From Escherichia coli (GTDB taxonomy: Bacteria; Pseudomonadota; Gammaproteobacteria; Enterobacterales; Enterobacteriaceae), in the NCBI RefSeq assembly GCF_030384885.1, contig NZ_CP128613.1: 64,000 nt of DNA, one strand, 5' to 3'. Below, piece after piece: positions 1 to 10,086 of this stretch. How positions within the stretch are numbered: the stretch's first letter is position 1; each line of letters starts with the position of its first letter. The translations under genes and the position numbers were made by a program. The notes beneath the pieces were generated by a model. It had not been told where the DNA came from, ran no database searches, and worked only from the letters and a program-made list of their open reading frames with translations.

Positions 1-139
1 TTATAAGATCTACCGCGAAGGCTTTACCGGGCTGGATTTGGCTTCGTCTGCCGCGCAGTCGGTGGTGTTGATGTGCCTCGTCATCGTGCTGACGGTGGTG
101 CAGTTCCGCTATGTTGAAAGCAAGGTGCGTTACCAATGA
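1..139 (+). CDS. ugpA: sn-glycerol-3-phosphate ABC transporter permease UgpA, 3' end only (truncated by window start)
   Basis: Open frame running in from the window edge; stop TGA overlaps the ugpE ATG (caATGA); position upstream of ugpE matches the ugp operon order. Confidence 0.7.
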   Translation, partial: YKIYREGFTGLDLASSAAQSVVLMCLVIVLTVVQFRYVESKVRYQ

Positions 140-981
140 TTGAGAACCGTCCGTGGCTGACAATATTCAGCCATACCATGCTGATCCTCGGGATCGCGGT
201 GATCCTCTTCCCGCTGTACGTGGCGTTTGTCGCGGCGACGCTGGATAAACAGGCCGTCTACGCCGCGCCGATGACGCTCATCCCCGGCACGCATCTGTTG
301 GAAAACATCCACAACATCTGGGTGAACGGGGTAGGCACAAATAGCGCGCCGTTCTGGCGGATGTTGCTTAACAGCTTCGTGATGGCGTTCAGCATTACGC
401 TCGGCAAGATTACCGTCTCGATGCTCTCGGCATTTGCCATTGTCTGGTTTCGTTTTCCGCTGCGTAACCTCTTCTTTTGGATGATTTTTATCACCCTGAT
501 GCTGCCAGTTGAAGTGCGTATCTTCCCGACAGTAGAAGTCATCGCCAACCTGAACATGCTCGACAGCTACGCTGGTTTAACGCTGCCGCTGATGGCCTCG
601 GCAACTGCTACCTTCCTGTTCCGCCAGTTCTTTATGACGCTGCCGGATGAGCTGGTGGAAGCCGCGCGGATCGACGGCGCGTCACCAATGCGTTTCTTTT
701 GCGACATCGTTTTCCCGCTGTCGAAAACCAATCTGGCGGCGCTGTTTGTGATCACTTTTATTTACGGCTGGAACCAGTATTTGTGGCCGTTGTTGATTAT
801 TACCGACGTTGATCTCGGCACCACTGTGGCAGGGATCAAAGGGATGATCGCTACAGGCGAAGGCACCACGGAATGGAATTCGGTGATGGCGGCGATGTTG
901 TTAACGCTTATCCCTCCGGTGGTGATTGTTTTAGTGATGCAGCGTGCCTTCGTGCGCGGCCTGGTCGATAGTGAGAAATAA
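136..981 (+). CDS. ugpE: sn-glycerol-3-phosphate ABC transporter permease UgpE
   Basis: 281-aa ORF, multi-TM permease translation; operon context ugpE-ugpC-ugpQ. Confidence 0.93.
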   Translation: MIENRPWLTIFSHTMLILGIAVILFPLYVAFVAATLDKQAVYAAPMTLIPGTHLLENIHNIWVNGVGTNSAPFWRMLLNSFVMAFSITLGKITVSMLSAFAIVWFRFPLRNLFFWMIFITLMLPVEVRIFPTVEVIANLNMLDSYAGLTLPLMASATATFLFRQFFMTLPDELVEAARIDGASPMRFFCDIVFPLSKTNLAALFVITFIYGWNQYLWPLLIITDVDLGTTVAGIKGMIATGEGTTEWNSVMAAMLLTLIPPVVIVLVMQRAFVRGLVDSEK

Positions 982-982
982 G

Positions 983-2053
983 ATGGCAGGACTGAAATTA
1001 CAGGCAGTAACCAAAAGCTGGGATGGCAAAACCCAGGTCATTAAACCGCTGACCCTTGATGTGGCGGATGGCGAATTTATCGTGATGGTCGGGCCGTCTG
1101 GCTGCGGGAAATCCACGTTGCTGCGCATGGTTGCCGGGCTGGAGCGGGTCACCGAAGGCGATATCTGGATTAACGACCAACGCGTGACCGAAATGGAGCC
1201 GAAAGATCGCGGGATTGCGATGGTGTTCCAGAACTACGCTCTTTATCCGCATATGAGTGTCGAAGAAAACATGGCGTGGGGGCTGAAAATTCGCGGCATG
1301 GGCAAGCAACAAATTGCCGAACGTGTTAAAGAAGCGGCGCGCATTCTGGAGCTGGATGGCCTGCTCAAGCGCCGTCCGCGTGAGCTTTCTGGCGGTCAGC
1401 GTCAGCGTGTGGCGATGGGCCGTGCGATTGTGCGCGATCCGGCGGTGTTCCTGTTTGATGAGCCGCTCTCTAACCTCGATGCCAAGCTGCGTGTTCAGAT
1501 GCGCCTTGAGCTGCAACAACTGCACCGTCGCCTGAAAACGACTTCACTCTACGTTACTCACGATCAGGTTGAGGCGATGACGCTCGCTCAGCGGGTAATG
1601 GTGATGAACGGCGGCGTTGCCGAACAGATTGGCACGCCAGTTGAAGTCTACGAAAAGCCCGCCACTCTGTTTGTGGCGAGTTTTATCGGCAGTCCGGCGA
1701 TGAACCTGCTGACAGGCCGCGTGAATAACGAAGGCACGCATTTCGAACTGGATGGCGGTATCGCGCTACCGCTAAACGGTGGCTACCGTCAGTATGCCGG
1801 GCGTAAAATGACTCTTGGCATTCGCCCGGAACATATTGCGTTAAGCTCGCAGGCAGAAGGCGGCATACCGCTGGTGATGGACACGCTGGAGATCCTCGGC
1901 GCAGATAACCTGGCGCACGGACGCTGGGGCGAACAGAAGCTGGTGGTGCGACTGGCGCATCAGGAGCGCCCGACGACAGGCAGCACGCTGTGGCTGCATC
2001 TGCCGGAAAATCAGCTGCATCTTTTTGATGGTGAAACAGGACAACGAGTATGA
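983..2053 (+). CDS. ugpC: sn-glycerol-3-phosphate ABC transporter ATP-binding protein UgpC
   Basis: Walker [13 protein letters not shown] signature LSGGQRQR; start moved to ATG at 983 (MAGLKLQAV...), since the track ORF is N-extended. Confidence 0.93.
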   Translation: MAGLKLQAVTKSWDGKTQVIKPLTLDVADGEFIVMVGPSGCGKSTLLRMVAGLERVTEGDIWINDQRVTEMEPKDRGIAMVFQNYALYPHMSVEENMAWGLKIRGMGKQQIAERVKEAARILELDGLLKRRPRELSGGQRQRVAMGRAIVRDPAVFLFDEPLSNLDAKLRVQMRLELQQLHRRLKTTSLYVTHDQVEAMTLAQRVMVMNGGVAEQIGTPVEVYEKPATLFVASFIGSPAMNLLTGRVNNEGTHFELDGGIALPLNGGYRQYAGRKMTLGIRPEHIALSSQAEGGIPLVMDTLEILGADNLAHGRWGEQKLVVRLAHQERPTTGSTLWLHLPENQLHLFDGETGQRV

Positions 2054-2793
2054 GTAACTGGCCTTATCCCCGCATCGTCGCCCACCGTGGCGGCGGTAAA
2101 CTGGCCCCGGAAAACACCCTGGCGGCAATCGACGTTGGGGCAAAATACGGTCATAAGATGATCGAATTTGACGCGAAGTTATCGAAAGATGGCGAGATCT
2201 TCCTGCTGCATGACGACAATCTCGAGCGTACCAGCAATGGTTGGGGCGTCGCGGGCGAACTGAACTGGCAGGATTTACTGCGCGTGGATGCGGGCAGTTG
2301 GTACAGCAAAGCGTTTAAAGGTGAGCCGCTGCCGTTGCTTTCGCAGGTGGCGGAACGCTGCCGTGAACATGGGATGATGGCAAATATTGAAATCAAACCC
2401 ACCACTGGCACTGGTCCATTAACGGGCAAAATGGTATCGCTGGCGGCGCGCGAACTGTGGGCTGGTATGACGCCGCCGCTGCTGTCATCGTTTGAGATTG
2501 ATGCTTTAGACGCCGCACACCAGGCTGCACCGGAACTGCCGCGCGGTTTGTTGCTGGATGAGTGGCGCGACGACTGGCGCGAACTGACCACGCGGCTGGA
2601 CTGCGTCTCTATTCATCTCAATCATAAGTTGCTCGATAAAGCGCGAGTGATGCAGTTGAAAGACGCTGGATTACGGATTCTGGTTTATACCGTCAACAAA
2701 CCCCAGCGCGCGGCAGAGTTGCTGCGCTGGGGCGTGGATTGCATCTGTACCGATGCGATTGATGTGATTGGCCCGAACTTTACGGCCCAATAG
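2050..2793 (+). CDS. ugpQ: glycerophosphodiester phosphodiesterase UgpQ
   Basis: 247-aa ORF, 4-bp overlap with ugpC stop; GDPD-family-like translation. Confidence 0.92.
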   Translation: MSNWPYPRIVAHRGGGKLAPENTLAAIDVGAKYGHKMIEFDAKLSKDGEIFLLHDDNLERTSNGWGVAGELNWQDLLRVDAGSWYSKAFKGEPLPLLSQVAERCREHGMMANIEIKPTTGTGPLTGKMVSLAARELWAGMTPPLLSSFEIDALDAAHQAAPELPRGLLLDEWRDDWRELTTRLDCVSIHLNHKLLDKARVMQLKDAGLRILVYTVNKPQRAAELLRWGVDCICTDAIDVIGPNFTAQ

Positions 2794-3220
2794 TTTTCAA
2801 CGGAATATCAGGCTGCGGCGTGCTGGGCTGATTCAGCATGTCGCCGTTTCTTCTCTCTGGCAACATATGCTGCTGATTCAACGAACTATCCGGATTACGG
2901 TTGCTGTTTAACATTCCGCCGTTGGTGTTGGGCAGCATTTGCTGCCGGGCGGGATTTAGCTCCCCCGGCTGTGACTGCAATACCCGCTGAGAGTTGCTAT
3001 TAAGCTGATTTTCTAAATGCTGCTGTTGCAACTGCGTTTGCGTTTTCAGTTGCTGATTCAGCATCCCTTTTTGCTGGATTTGCTGCGTTTGCATTTGAGT
3101 TTGCATTCGCTGCTGGCTGGGGATCTGATACCCCGGCTGGTTAGGGTTGTTCAGAGTATTAATGGGCTGTGCAAAGCCGACAAAAGGCAGGAGTGCCGTC
3201 AAAAGCAGAAGTCGTTTCAT
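2780..3220 (-). CDS. yhhA: Gln-rich secreted protein YhhA
   Basis: 146-aa ORF with N-terminal signal peptide ([17 protein letters not shown]) and Q/N-rich low-complexity body. Confidence 0.85.
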   Translation of the reverse strand: MKRLLLLTALLPFVGFAQPINTLNNPNQPGYQIPSQQRMQTQMQTQQIQQKGMLNQQLKTQTQLQQQHLENQLNSNSQRVLQSQPGELNPARQQMLPNTNGGMLNSNRNPDSSLNQQHMLPERRNGDMLNQPSTPQPDIPLKTIGP

Positions 3221-3339
3221 CGCGTATCCTCCTCTGAAGATATTCTTTAAGTTTACTCCTTTCCTGCAATCATCAGGATTAATTCAGAGTTATATACCAG
3301 GCTTAGCTGGGGTTGCCCCTTAATCTCTGGAGTATAACG

Positions 3340-5085
3340 ATGATAAAACCGACGTTTTTACGCCGGGTGGCTATTGCTGCTCTGCTCACAGGAAGTTGTT
3401 TTAGTGCTGTCGCCGCGCCACCTGCGCCGCCGCCAGTCTCGTATGGCGTGGAGGAGGATGTCTTCCATCCGGTACGCGCGAAGCAGGGGATGGTAGCATC
3501 TGTGGACGCCACTGCCACTCAGGTGGGGGTAGATATCCTTAAGCAGGGCGGGAATGCCGTTGATGCTGCCGTGGCAGTGGGCTACGCGCTGGCGGTAACG
3601 CATCCGCAGGCAGGGAATCTGGGCGGCGGCGGTTTTATGCTGATCCGCACTAAAGATGGCAATACCACCGCCATCGATTTCCGCGAAATGGCACCCGCCA
3701 AAGCGACCCGCGATATGTTCCTTGATGATCAGGGCAACCCGGACAGCAAAAAATCTCTCACTTCGCATCTTGCTTCTGGCACACCCGGTACGGTAGCGGG
3801 CTTCTCGTTGGCGCTGGAGAAATACGGCACCATGCCGCTGAACAAAGTTGTGCAGCCTGCGTTTAAACTGGCACGCGATGGTTTTATCGTTAACGATGCG
3901 CTGGCAGACGATCTCAAAACCTACGGCAGTGAAGTGCTACCAAATCACGAAAACAGCAAAGCTATCTTCTGGAAAGAGGGCGAACCGCTGAAAAAGGGCG
4001 ACAAGCTGGTACAGACGAATCTGGCAAAGAGCCTGGAGATGATTGCCGAAAACGGCCCGGATGAATTCTACAAAGGCACGATAGCGGAACAAATCGCCCT
4101 GGAGATGCAGAAAAACGGTGGCTTGATCACTAAAGAAGATTTAGCGGCGTATAAAGCGGTCGAACGTACACCAATAAGTGGCGATTATCGCGGGTATCAG
4201 GTTTACTCCATGCCACCGCCATCTTCCGGCGGGATTCATATCGTGCAGATCCTCAATATTCTGGAAAACTTCGATATGCAGAAATACGGCTTTGGCAGCG
4301 CCGATGCGATGCAAATCATGGCAGAAGCGGAGAAATACGCCTACGCCGACCGCTCGGAATATCTTGGCGACCCGGATTTTGTCAAAGTACCGTGGCAGGC
4401 GCTGACCAATAAAGCCTATGCCAAATCTATTGCCGATCAAATCGATATCAATAAAGCGAAGCCATCCAGCGAAATTCGTCCTGGCAAGCTTGCGCCTTAT
4501 GAGAGTAATCAAACTACCCATTACTCAGTGGTGGATAAAGACGGTAACGCCGTGGCGGTGACCTATACGCTGAACACCACCTTCGGTACGGGCATTGTCG
4601 CGGGCGAGAGCGGTATTTTGCTTAATAATCAGATGGATGATTTCTCCGCCAAACCAGGCGTACCGAACGTTTACGGGCTGGTGGGCGGCGATGCTAACGC
4701 TGTCGGGCCGAATAAACGTCCGCTGTCATCGATGTCACCAACCATTGTGGTGAAAGACGGAAAAACCTGGCTGGTGACCGGTAGCCCTGGCGGAAGCCGA
4801 ATTATCACCACTGTGCTGCAAATGGTGGTGAACAGCATCGATTATGGCATGAATGTCGCCGAAGCGACCAATGCGCCGCGTTTCCACCATCAGTGGTTGC
4901 CGGACGAGCTGCGTGTCGAGAAAGGATTTAGTCCGGATACGCTCAAGCTGCTGGAAGCAAAAGGTCAGAAAGTGGCGCTGAAAGAGGCGATGGGCAGTAC
5001 ACAAAGCATTATGGTTGGGCCTGACGGTGAGTTGTACGGTGCATCCGACCCGCGCTCGGTGGATGATTTAACGGCGGGGTACTAA
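3340..5085 (+). CDS. ggt: gamma-glutamyltranspeptidase
   Basis: Start set at MIKPTFLRR...; signal peptide; conserved GGT motifs (TTHYSVVDKDGNAVAVTYTLN, autoprocessing Thr region). Confidence 0.95.
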   Translation: MIKPTFLRRVAIAALLTGSCFSAVAAPPAPPPVSYGVEEDVFHPVRAKQGMVASVDATATQVGVDILKQGGNAVDAAVAVGYALAVTHPQAGNLGGGGFMLIRTKDGNTTAIDFREMAPAKATRDMFLDDQGNPDSKKSLTSHLASGTPGTVAGFSLALEKYGTMPLNKVVQPAFKLARDGFIVNDALADDLKTYGSEVLPNHENSKAIFWKEGEPLKKGDKLVQTNLAKSLEMIAENGPDEFYKGTIAEQIALEMQKNGGLITKEDLAAYKAVERTPISGDYRGYQVYSMPPPSSGGIHIVQILNILENFDMQKYGFGSADAMQIMAEAEKYAYADRSEYLGDPDFVKVPWQALTNKAYAKSIADQIDINKAKPSSEIRPGKLAPYESNQTTHYSVVDKDGNAVAVTYTLNTTFGTGIVAGESGILLNNQMDDFSAKPGVPNVYGLVGGDANAVGPNKRPLSSMSPTIVVKDGKTWLVTGSPGGSRIITTVLQMVVNSIDYGMNVAEATNAPRFHHQWLPDELRVEKGFSPDTLKLLEAKGQKVALKEAMGSTQSIMVGPDGELYGASDPRSVDDLTAGY

Positions 5086-5091
5086 GGTTAG

Positions 5092-5117
5092 CGGCCCTCT
5101 TCGTGGGAAGAGGGCCG
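5092..5117. terminator. bidirectional hairpin terminator between ggt and yrhB
   Basis: Perfect inverted repeat cggccctcttc-gtgg-gaagagggccg immediately after the ggt stop, between convergent genes. Confidence 0.6.
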
Positions 5118-5122
5118 TATTG

Positions 5123-5407
5123 TCAGGGCAAGCCGAAGGTAGCTTTTTTTATTTCATAATCCTGTAGATATTCTTCCAGCGGCTTTGCCGTTCCCAGCGA
5201 ATGAATTTCACCACTGTCTTTATCAATAATAAAAGGTGCGTTACCAGCTAAGCGCGCGGCCTCATCACCAGTTTCGAGAAATTCTCGTGCTTCGAAACAG
5301 AAATACCAGCCCTGGCTAAAGCGTCCATGTAGAGTAATGACGACGGCGAGATCTGCATCATCAAGGTAATGGTTCGCTTTCGCGAATGCTTCCTGATAAT
5401 TAATCAT
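5123..5407 (-). CDS. yrhB: small heat-stable protein YrhB
   Basis: 94-aa ORF (MINYQEAFAKANHYLDD...) matching my recollection of YrhB. Confidence 0.8.
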   Translation of the reverse strand: MINYQEAFAKANHYLDDADLAVVITLHGRFSQGWYFCFEAREFLETGDEAARLAGNAPFIIDKDSGEIHSLGTAKPLEEYLQDYEIKKATFGLP

Positions 5408-5518
5408 AATGATTCTGGATTTTCCGATGGGGCAGTTAGGTCATGCTTTTTTTCAAGCGCAACATATCCAACAAAGCCTTAATAAAATATTGTAATTTAC
5501 AATAAGTGTTAATGATGT

Positions 5519-6007
5519 TCATTTCACACGCGCCATATAATACGCATCGACATATTCACCGTTTCGTAATGCGTACTTCTTGCCAGTCCCTTCAATCTCA
5601 AAGCCGAATTTTTTATAGACCTTAATTGCTGGCGCGTTATCAACGAACACCGTTAGTTCAATACGATCTACCCGCAACCAGTTGTCGCACATTGCAATCA
5701 TCTCTCGCATCAGGGCGCTGGCGACGCCGCGGTTCTTCCAGCGGGAGTCGACACAGATACCAAAGTCGGCAACATGACTGCGGCGTGGGCGTTGTTGCAC
5801 GTCAATAGTGAGATGACCCACAACGTCTCCATCAATACAGGCGACGAGTTGCTTGATGCCGGGACGATCGGCGAGTCGCTCCTGCCACATATGATCGGAA
5901 GGATGAGGCACCTGTAGTGTGTTGCAATACACCTCCGGCTGGGCGTGAATCTGCCTGATGGCCTCGTAATCCCGTGTTTCTGCATGGCGTATTACTATCT
6001 CACTCAT
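5519..6007 (-). CDS. yhhY: GNAT-family N-acetyltransferase YhhY
   Basis: Start set at MSEIVIRHAETRDYEAIRQIH...; acetyl-CoA binding motif region RGVASALM. Confidence 0.85.
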   Translation of the reverse strand: MSEIVIRHAETRDYEAIRQIHAQPEVYCNTLQVPHPSDHMWQERLADRPGIKQLVACIDGDVVGHLTIDVQQRPRRSHVADFGICVDSRWKNRGVASALMREMIAMCDNWLRVDRIELTVFVDNAPAIKVYKKFGFEIEGTGKKYALRNGEYVDAYYMARVK

Positions 6008-6094
6008 TCCTTTGTCCTCTTTGGGGTAAATGTCCCTTTCAACATCATTGACTTTCAAATGCGAGTCAAATGCATTTTTTTGCAAAAAGTGTTG

Positions 6095-6128
6095 GACAAG
6101 TGCGAATGAGAATGATTATTATTGTCTC
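6095..6128 (+). promoter_or_regulatory. ryhB promoter with Fur box
   Basis: aatgagaatgattattatt resembles the Fur consensus gataatgataatcattatc and lies immediately upstream of the RyhB 5' end. Confidence 0.6.
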
Positions 6129-6218
6129 GCGATCAGGAAGACCCTCGCGGAGAACCTGAAAGCACGACATTGCTCACATTGCTTCCAGTATTACTTAGCC
6201 AGCCGGGTGCTGGCTTTT
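6129..6218 (+). ncRNA. ryhB: RyhB small regulatory RNA (Fur-repressed, iron-sparing)
   Basis: Sequence gcgatcaggaagaccctcgcggagaacctgaaagcacgacattgctcacattgcttccagtattacttagccagccgggtgctggcttttttttt matches RyhB as I recall it, including the terminal hairpin and U-run; located between yhhY and yhhX. Confidence 0.9.
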
Positions 6219-6341
6219 TTTTTGACCTTTCGTTCTCAATTTATCCACGGGAAGTGCTTGTGTTTGTTATGCGCACTCCTGTAGGAACCGCGTCCGCTTT
6301 GCGCTAAGGTGGTAGATAACCACCTTAAAAAGGACGAAATC

Positions 6342-7379
6342 ATGGTCATCAACTGCGCCTTTATTGGCTTCGGCAAAAGCACCACCCGTTACCATCTGCC
6401 GTATGTACTTAACCGCAAGGATAGCTGGCATGTCGCGCATATTTTTCGCCGCCATGCGAAGCCGGAAGAACAGGCTCCCATTTATTCCCATATTCATTTC
6501 ACCAGCGATCTCGACGAAGTGCTAAACGATCCCGACGTTAAGTTGATTGTCGTCTGCACTCATGCGGACAGCCACTTCGAGTACGCGAAACGCGCGCTGG
6601 AAGCCGGGAAAAATGTGCTGGTCGAAAAACCGTTCACCCCGACACTTGCGCAGGCGAAAGAGCTGTTTGCGCTGGCGAAAAGCAAAGGGCTGACCGTTAC
6701 GCCGTATCAGAATCGTCGCTTTGACTCCTGTTTTCTGATGGCGAAAAAAGCGATTGAAAGCGGCAAGCTGGGAGAGATTGTCGAAGTGGAAAGCCATTTT
6801 GACTATTACCGCCCGGTGGCAGAAACCAAACCTGGACTGCCGCAGGATGGCGCGTTCTATGGCCTTGGTGTGCATACCCTCGACCAGATAATCTCGCTGT
6901 TCGGTCGCCCGGATCACGTCGCTTATGACATCCGCAGCCTGCGTAATAAAGCCAATCCTGACGACACCTTCGAAGCGCAGCTGTTTTATGGCGATCTAAA
7001 AGCCATCGTCAAAACCAGCCATCTGGTGAAAATCGATTATCCGAAATTTATCGTTCACGGGAAGAAAGGTTCGTTTATTAAATATGGTATCGACCAGCAG
7101 GAAACCAGCCTGAAGGCTAATATTATGCCGGGCGAGCCGGGATTCGCAGCGGATGATTCGGTCGGTGTGCTGGAGTATGTCAATGACGAGGGCGTTACGG
7201 TCAGAGAAGAGATGAAGCCGGAGATGGGCGATTACGGACGCGTTTATGATGCGTTGTACCAAACCATCACCAACGGTGCACCAAATTACGTCAAGGAATC
7301 TGAAGTTCTTACCAATCTGGAAATCCTTGAACGCGGTTTTGAGCAAGCCTCTCCCTCCACAGTGACTCTTGCGAAGTAA
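6342..7379 (+). CDS. yhhX: Gfo/Idh/MocA-family NAD(P)-dependent oxidoreductase YhhX
   Basis: Start set at MVINCAFIGFGKSTTRYHLPY (Rossmann GxGxxG-like N-terminus); 345 aa. Confidence 0.88.
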   Translation: MVINCAFIGFGKSTTRYHLPYVLNRKDSWHVAHIFRRHAKPEEQAPIYSHIHFTSDLDEVLNDPDVKLIVVCTHADSHFEYAKRALEAGKNVLVEKPFTPTLAQAKELFALAKSKGLTVTPYQNRRFDSCFLMAKKAIESGKLGEIVEVESHFDYYRPVAETKPGLPQDGAFYGLGVHTLDQIISLFGRPDHVAYDIRSLRNKANPDDTFEAQLFYGDLKAIVKTSHLVKIDYPKFIVHGKKGSFIKYGIDQQETSLKANIMPGEPGFAADDSVGVLEYVNDEGVTVREEMKPEMGDYGRVYDALYQTITNGAPNYVKESEVLTNLEILERGFEQASPSTVTLAK

Positions 7380-7501
7380 GTTTGATGACCTCTCGAATAG
7401 TTCAATTTTTTTGAACAGAGGGGTCAATTTTCACCCTCTATCATCCCAGGCGGATCGGGTCCACACTAAGCCCATCGAAATCATTCAGGGGGCGAATACA
7501 A

Positions 7502-8197
7502 ATGATCTACTTACGCAAAGCAAATGAACGTGGTCATGCAAATCATGGCTGGCTGGACTCCTGGCATACTTTCTCTTTTGCCAACTATTACGACCCGAAC
7601 TTTATGGGCTTTTCCGCGCTGCGCGTGATTAACGACGACGTGATTGAAGCAGGGCAGGGCTTCGGCACTCACCCGCATAAAGATATGGAAATTTTGACCT
7701 ACGTGCTGGAAGGTACTGTTGAGCACCAGGACAGCATGGGCAATAAAGAGCAGGTTCCGGCGGGCGAGTTCCAGATTATGAGTGCGGGTACGGGTATTCG
7801 TCACTCAGAGTACAACCCAAGCAGTACCGAGCGTCTGCATCTGTATCAGATCTGGATCATGCCAGAAGAAAACGGCATTACGCCACGTTATGAACAACGT
7901 CGCTTCGATGCCGTACAGGGTAAACAGCTGGTGCTTTCGCCTAATGCGCGAGATGGTTCGTTGAAAGTGCATCAGGATATGGAGCTGTACCGTTGGGCGC
8001 TGGTGAAAGATGAGCAGTCGGTGCATCAGATTGCCGCTGAACGCCGCGTCTGGATCCAGGTGGTGAAAGGCAATGTCACCATTAACGGCGTGAAAGCCTC
8101 GACCAGCGATGGTCTGGCAATCTGGGATGAGCAGGCAATCTCCATCCATGCGGATAGCGACAGCGAAGTGTTACTGTTCGATCTGCCGCCGGTTTAA
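7502..8197 (+). CDS. yhhW: pirin-like quercetin 2,3-dioxygenase YhhW
   Basis: 231-aa ORF; cupin metal-binding His motif (GFGTHPHKDMEILTYVLEG). Confidence 0.9.
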   Translation: MIYLRKANERGHANHGWLDSWHTFSFANYYDPNFMGFSALRVINDDVIEAGQGFGTHPHKDMEILTYVLEGTVEHQDSMGNKEQVPAGEFQIMSAGTGIRHSEYNPSSTERLHLYQIWIMPEENGITPRYEQRRFDAVQGKQLVLSPNARDGSLKVHQDMELYRWALVKDEQSVHQIAAERRVWIQVVKGNVTINGVKASTSDGLAIWDEQAISIHADSDSEVLLFDLPPV

Positions 8198-8246
8198 AAC
8201 TTAACGGCATTTTTGAAGCCTGCCTTTTTGCGGGCTTCATCGCTCG

Positions 8247-8283
8247 CCCCGGTCGCGTGCTGATGTACGCGACCGGGGTTTCG
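8247..8283 (+). terminator. rho-independent terminator downstream of yhhW
   Basis: ccccggtcgcg ... cgcgaccgggg perfect stem followed by tttcg. Confidence 0.6.
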
Positions 8284-8420
8284 TCGCGTCTTTAGTACAA
8301 TGCGATGCAATTGATTTAGTGTATATCTAATTATTGTAAACAAGCACTGTTTTCTCCGGGAAGGTTCTGATGCGTCCGTGTTAAACTAAGAGAATCTATC
8401 TCTTTTGTACCTTCAGGACG

Positions 8421-9416
8421 ATGAAAAAGAAAAGACCCGTACTTCAGGATGTGGCTGACCGTGTTGGCGTGACCAAAATGACGGTCAGCCGTTTTTTACG
8501 CAACCCGGAGCAGGTTTCCGTCGCTCTACGTGGCAAGATTGCCGCCGCTCTTGATGAACTGGGTTATATTCCCAATCGCGCGCCCGATATCCTCTCTAAT
8601 GCCACCAGCCGGGCGATTGGCGTCCTGTTACCTTCACTCACCAACCAGGTTTTCGCTGAAGTATTACGCGGTATCGAAAGCGTCACGGACGCACACGGTT
8701 ATCAGACGATGCTGGCGCACTACGGTTACAAACCGGAAATGGAGCAAGAACGCCTCGAATCAATGCTTTCCTGGAATATCGACGGACTTATTCTCACCGA
8801 ACGTACCCACACGCCCCGCACCTTAAAGATGATTGAAGTAGCGGGTATTCCGGTGGTGGAGCTGATGGACAGTAAGTCGCCGTGCCTCGATATCGCCGTC
8901 GGTTTTGATAACTTTGAAGCGGCACGCCAGATGACCACCGCCATTATTGCTCGCGGGCATCGTCACATTGCCTATCTCGGCGCACGCCTCGACGAACGTA
9001 CTATCATCAAACAGAAGGGATATGAGCAGGCGATGCTGGATGCAGGCCTGGTGCCGTATAGCGTGATGGTCGAGCAATCTTCTTCTTACTCTTCCGGTAT
9101 TGAACTGATTCGCCAGGCGCGGCGGGAATATCCGCAGTTGGATGGCGTATTTTGTACTAATGATGACCTGGCGGTCGGCGCGGCGTTTGAATGTCAGCGT
9201 CTGGGGCTGAAAGTTCCTGACGATATGGCGATTGCCGGTTTCCACGGTCATGACATTGGTCAGGTGATGGAGCCACGGCTGGCGAGCGTGCTGACGCCGC
9301 GTGAGCGGATGGGCAGCATTGGCGCTGAGCGCCTGCTGGCGCGTATTCGTGGCGAATCTGTGACACCGAAAATGTTAGATTTAGGTTTCACCTTGTCACC
9401 AGGCGGATCTATTTAA
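8421..9416 (+). CDS. gntR: LacI-family gluconate repressor GntR
   Basis: 331 aa; N-terminal HTH (LQDVADRVGVTKMTVSRFL) plus periplasmic-binding-like core. Confidence 0.93.
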   Translation: MKKKRPVLQDVADRVGVTKMTVSRFLRNPEQVSVALRGKIAAALDELGYIPNRAPDILSNATSRAIGVLLPSLTNQVFAEVLRGIESVTDAHGYQTMLAHYGYKPEMEQERLESMLSWNIDGLILTERTHTPRTLKMIEVAGIPVVELMDSKSPCLDIAVGFDNFEAARQMTTAIIARGHRHIAYLGARLDERTIIKQKGYEQAMLDAGLVPYSVMVEQSSSYSSGIELIRQARREYPQLDGVFCTNDDLAVGAAFECQRLGLKVPDDMAIAGFHGHDIGQVMEPRLASVLTPRERMGSIGAERLLARIRGESVTPKMLDLGFTLSPGGSI

Positions 9417-9495
9417 GCTCACAAATTTGAAGTAGCTCACACTTATACACTTAAGGCACGGATGGATATTGCTTCTGTTTTTGTCCGGCTGGACA

Positions 9496-9524
9496 ATGTT
9501 ACCGATAACAGTTACCCGTAACAT
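9496..9524 (+). promoter_or_regulatory. GntR operator pair upstream of gntK
   Basis: atgttaccgataacagttacccgtaacat: two overlapping palindromic half-site pairs of the ATGTTACCCGTAACAT type. Confidence 0.6.
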
Positions 9525-9555
9525 TTTCTGATTCTTGTATTGTGGGGGCACCACT

Positions 9556-10083
9556 TTGAGCACGACTAACCATGATCACCACATTTACGTCTTGATGGGC
9601 GTATCGGGCAGCGGCAAATCTGCAGTCGCCAGTGAAGTGGCGCATCAACTTCATGCCGCGTTTCTTGATGGCGATTTCCTCCATCCGCGCTGCAATATCG
9701 AAAAAATGGCGTCTGGCGAACCGCTGAATGACGACGATCGCAAACCGTGGTTACAGGCGCTTAACGACGCCGCGTTTGCCATGCAGCGCACCAATAAAGT
9801 GTCGCTGATCGTCTGTTCTGCACTGAAAAAGCACTATCGCGACCTGCTGCGTGAAGGTAATCCGAATCTCTCTTTCATCTACCTGAAAGGCGATTTTGAT
9901 GTAATTGAAAGCCGTCTGAAAGCGCGCAAAGGCCATTTCTTTAAAACCCAAATGCTGGTGACGCAGTTTGAAACGCTGCAGGAGCCGGGTGCGGACGAAA
10001 CCGATGTACTGGTGGTGGATATCGATCAACCGCTGGAAGGTGTTGTGGCAAGCACCATTGAGGTTATTAAAAAAGGCAAATAA
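9556..10083 (+). CDS. gntK: thermoresistant gluconokinase GntK
   Basis: P-loop GVSGSGKS; start assigned to TTG at 9556 to give the 175-aa protein (MSTTNHDHHIYVLMG...), with an in-frame ATG 21 nt upstream as the alternative. Confidence 0.88.
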   Translation: MSTTNHDHHIYVLMGVSGSGKSAVASEVAHQLHAAFLDGDFLHPRCNIEKMASGEPLNDDDRKPWLQALNDAAFAMQRTNKVSLIVCSALKKHYRDLLREGNPNLSFIYLKGDFDVIESRLKARKGHFFKTQMLVTQFETLQEPGADETDVLVVDIDQPLEGVVASTIEVIKKGK

Positions 10084-10086
10084 GTA

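Noticed and set aside
2780-3220. Q/N-rich, low-complexity repetitive DNA in yhhA, considered as a possible repeat array
   Set aside because: It is the coding sequence of a signal-peptide-bearing Gln-rich protein; there is no regular repeat-spacer periodicity, so it is not CRISPR-like or a tandem repeat.
6030-6307. Two small plus-strand ORFs (84 aa and 61 aa) overlapping the RyhB locus
   Set aside because: The region encodes the RyhB sRNA and its terminator; the ORFs read through the RNA hairpin and U-run.
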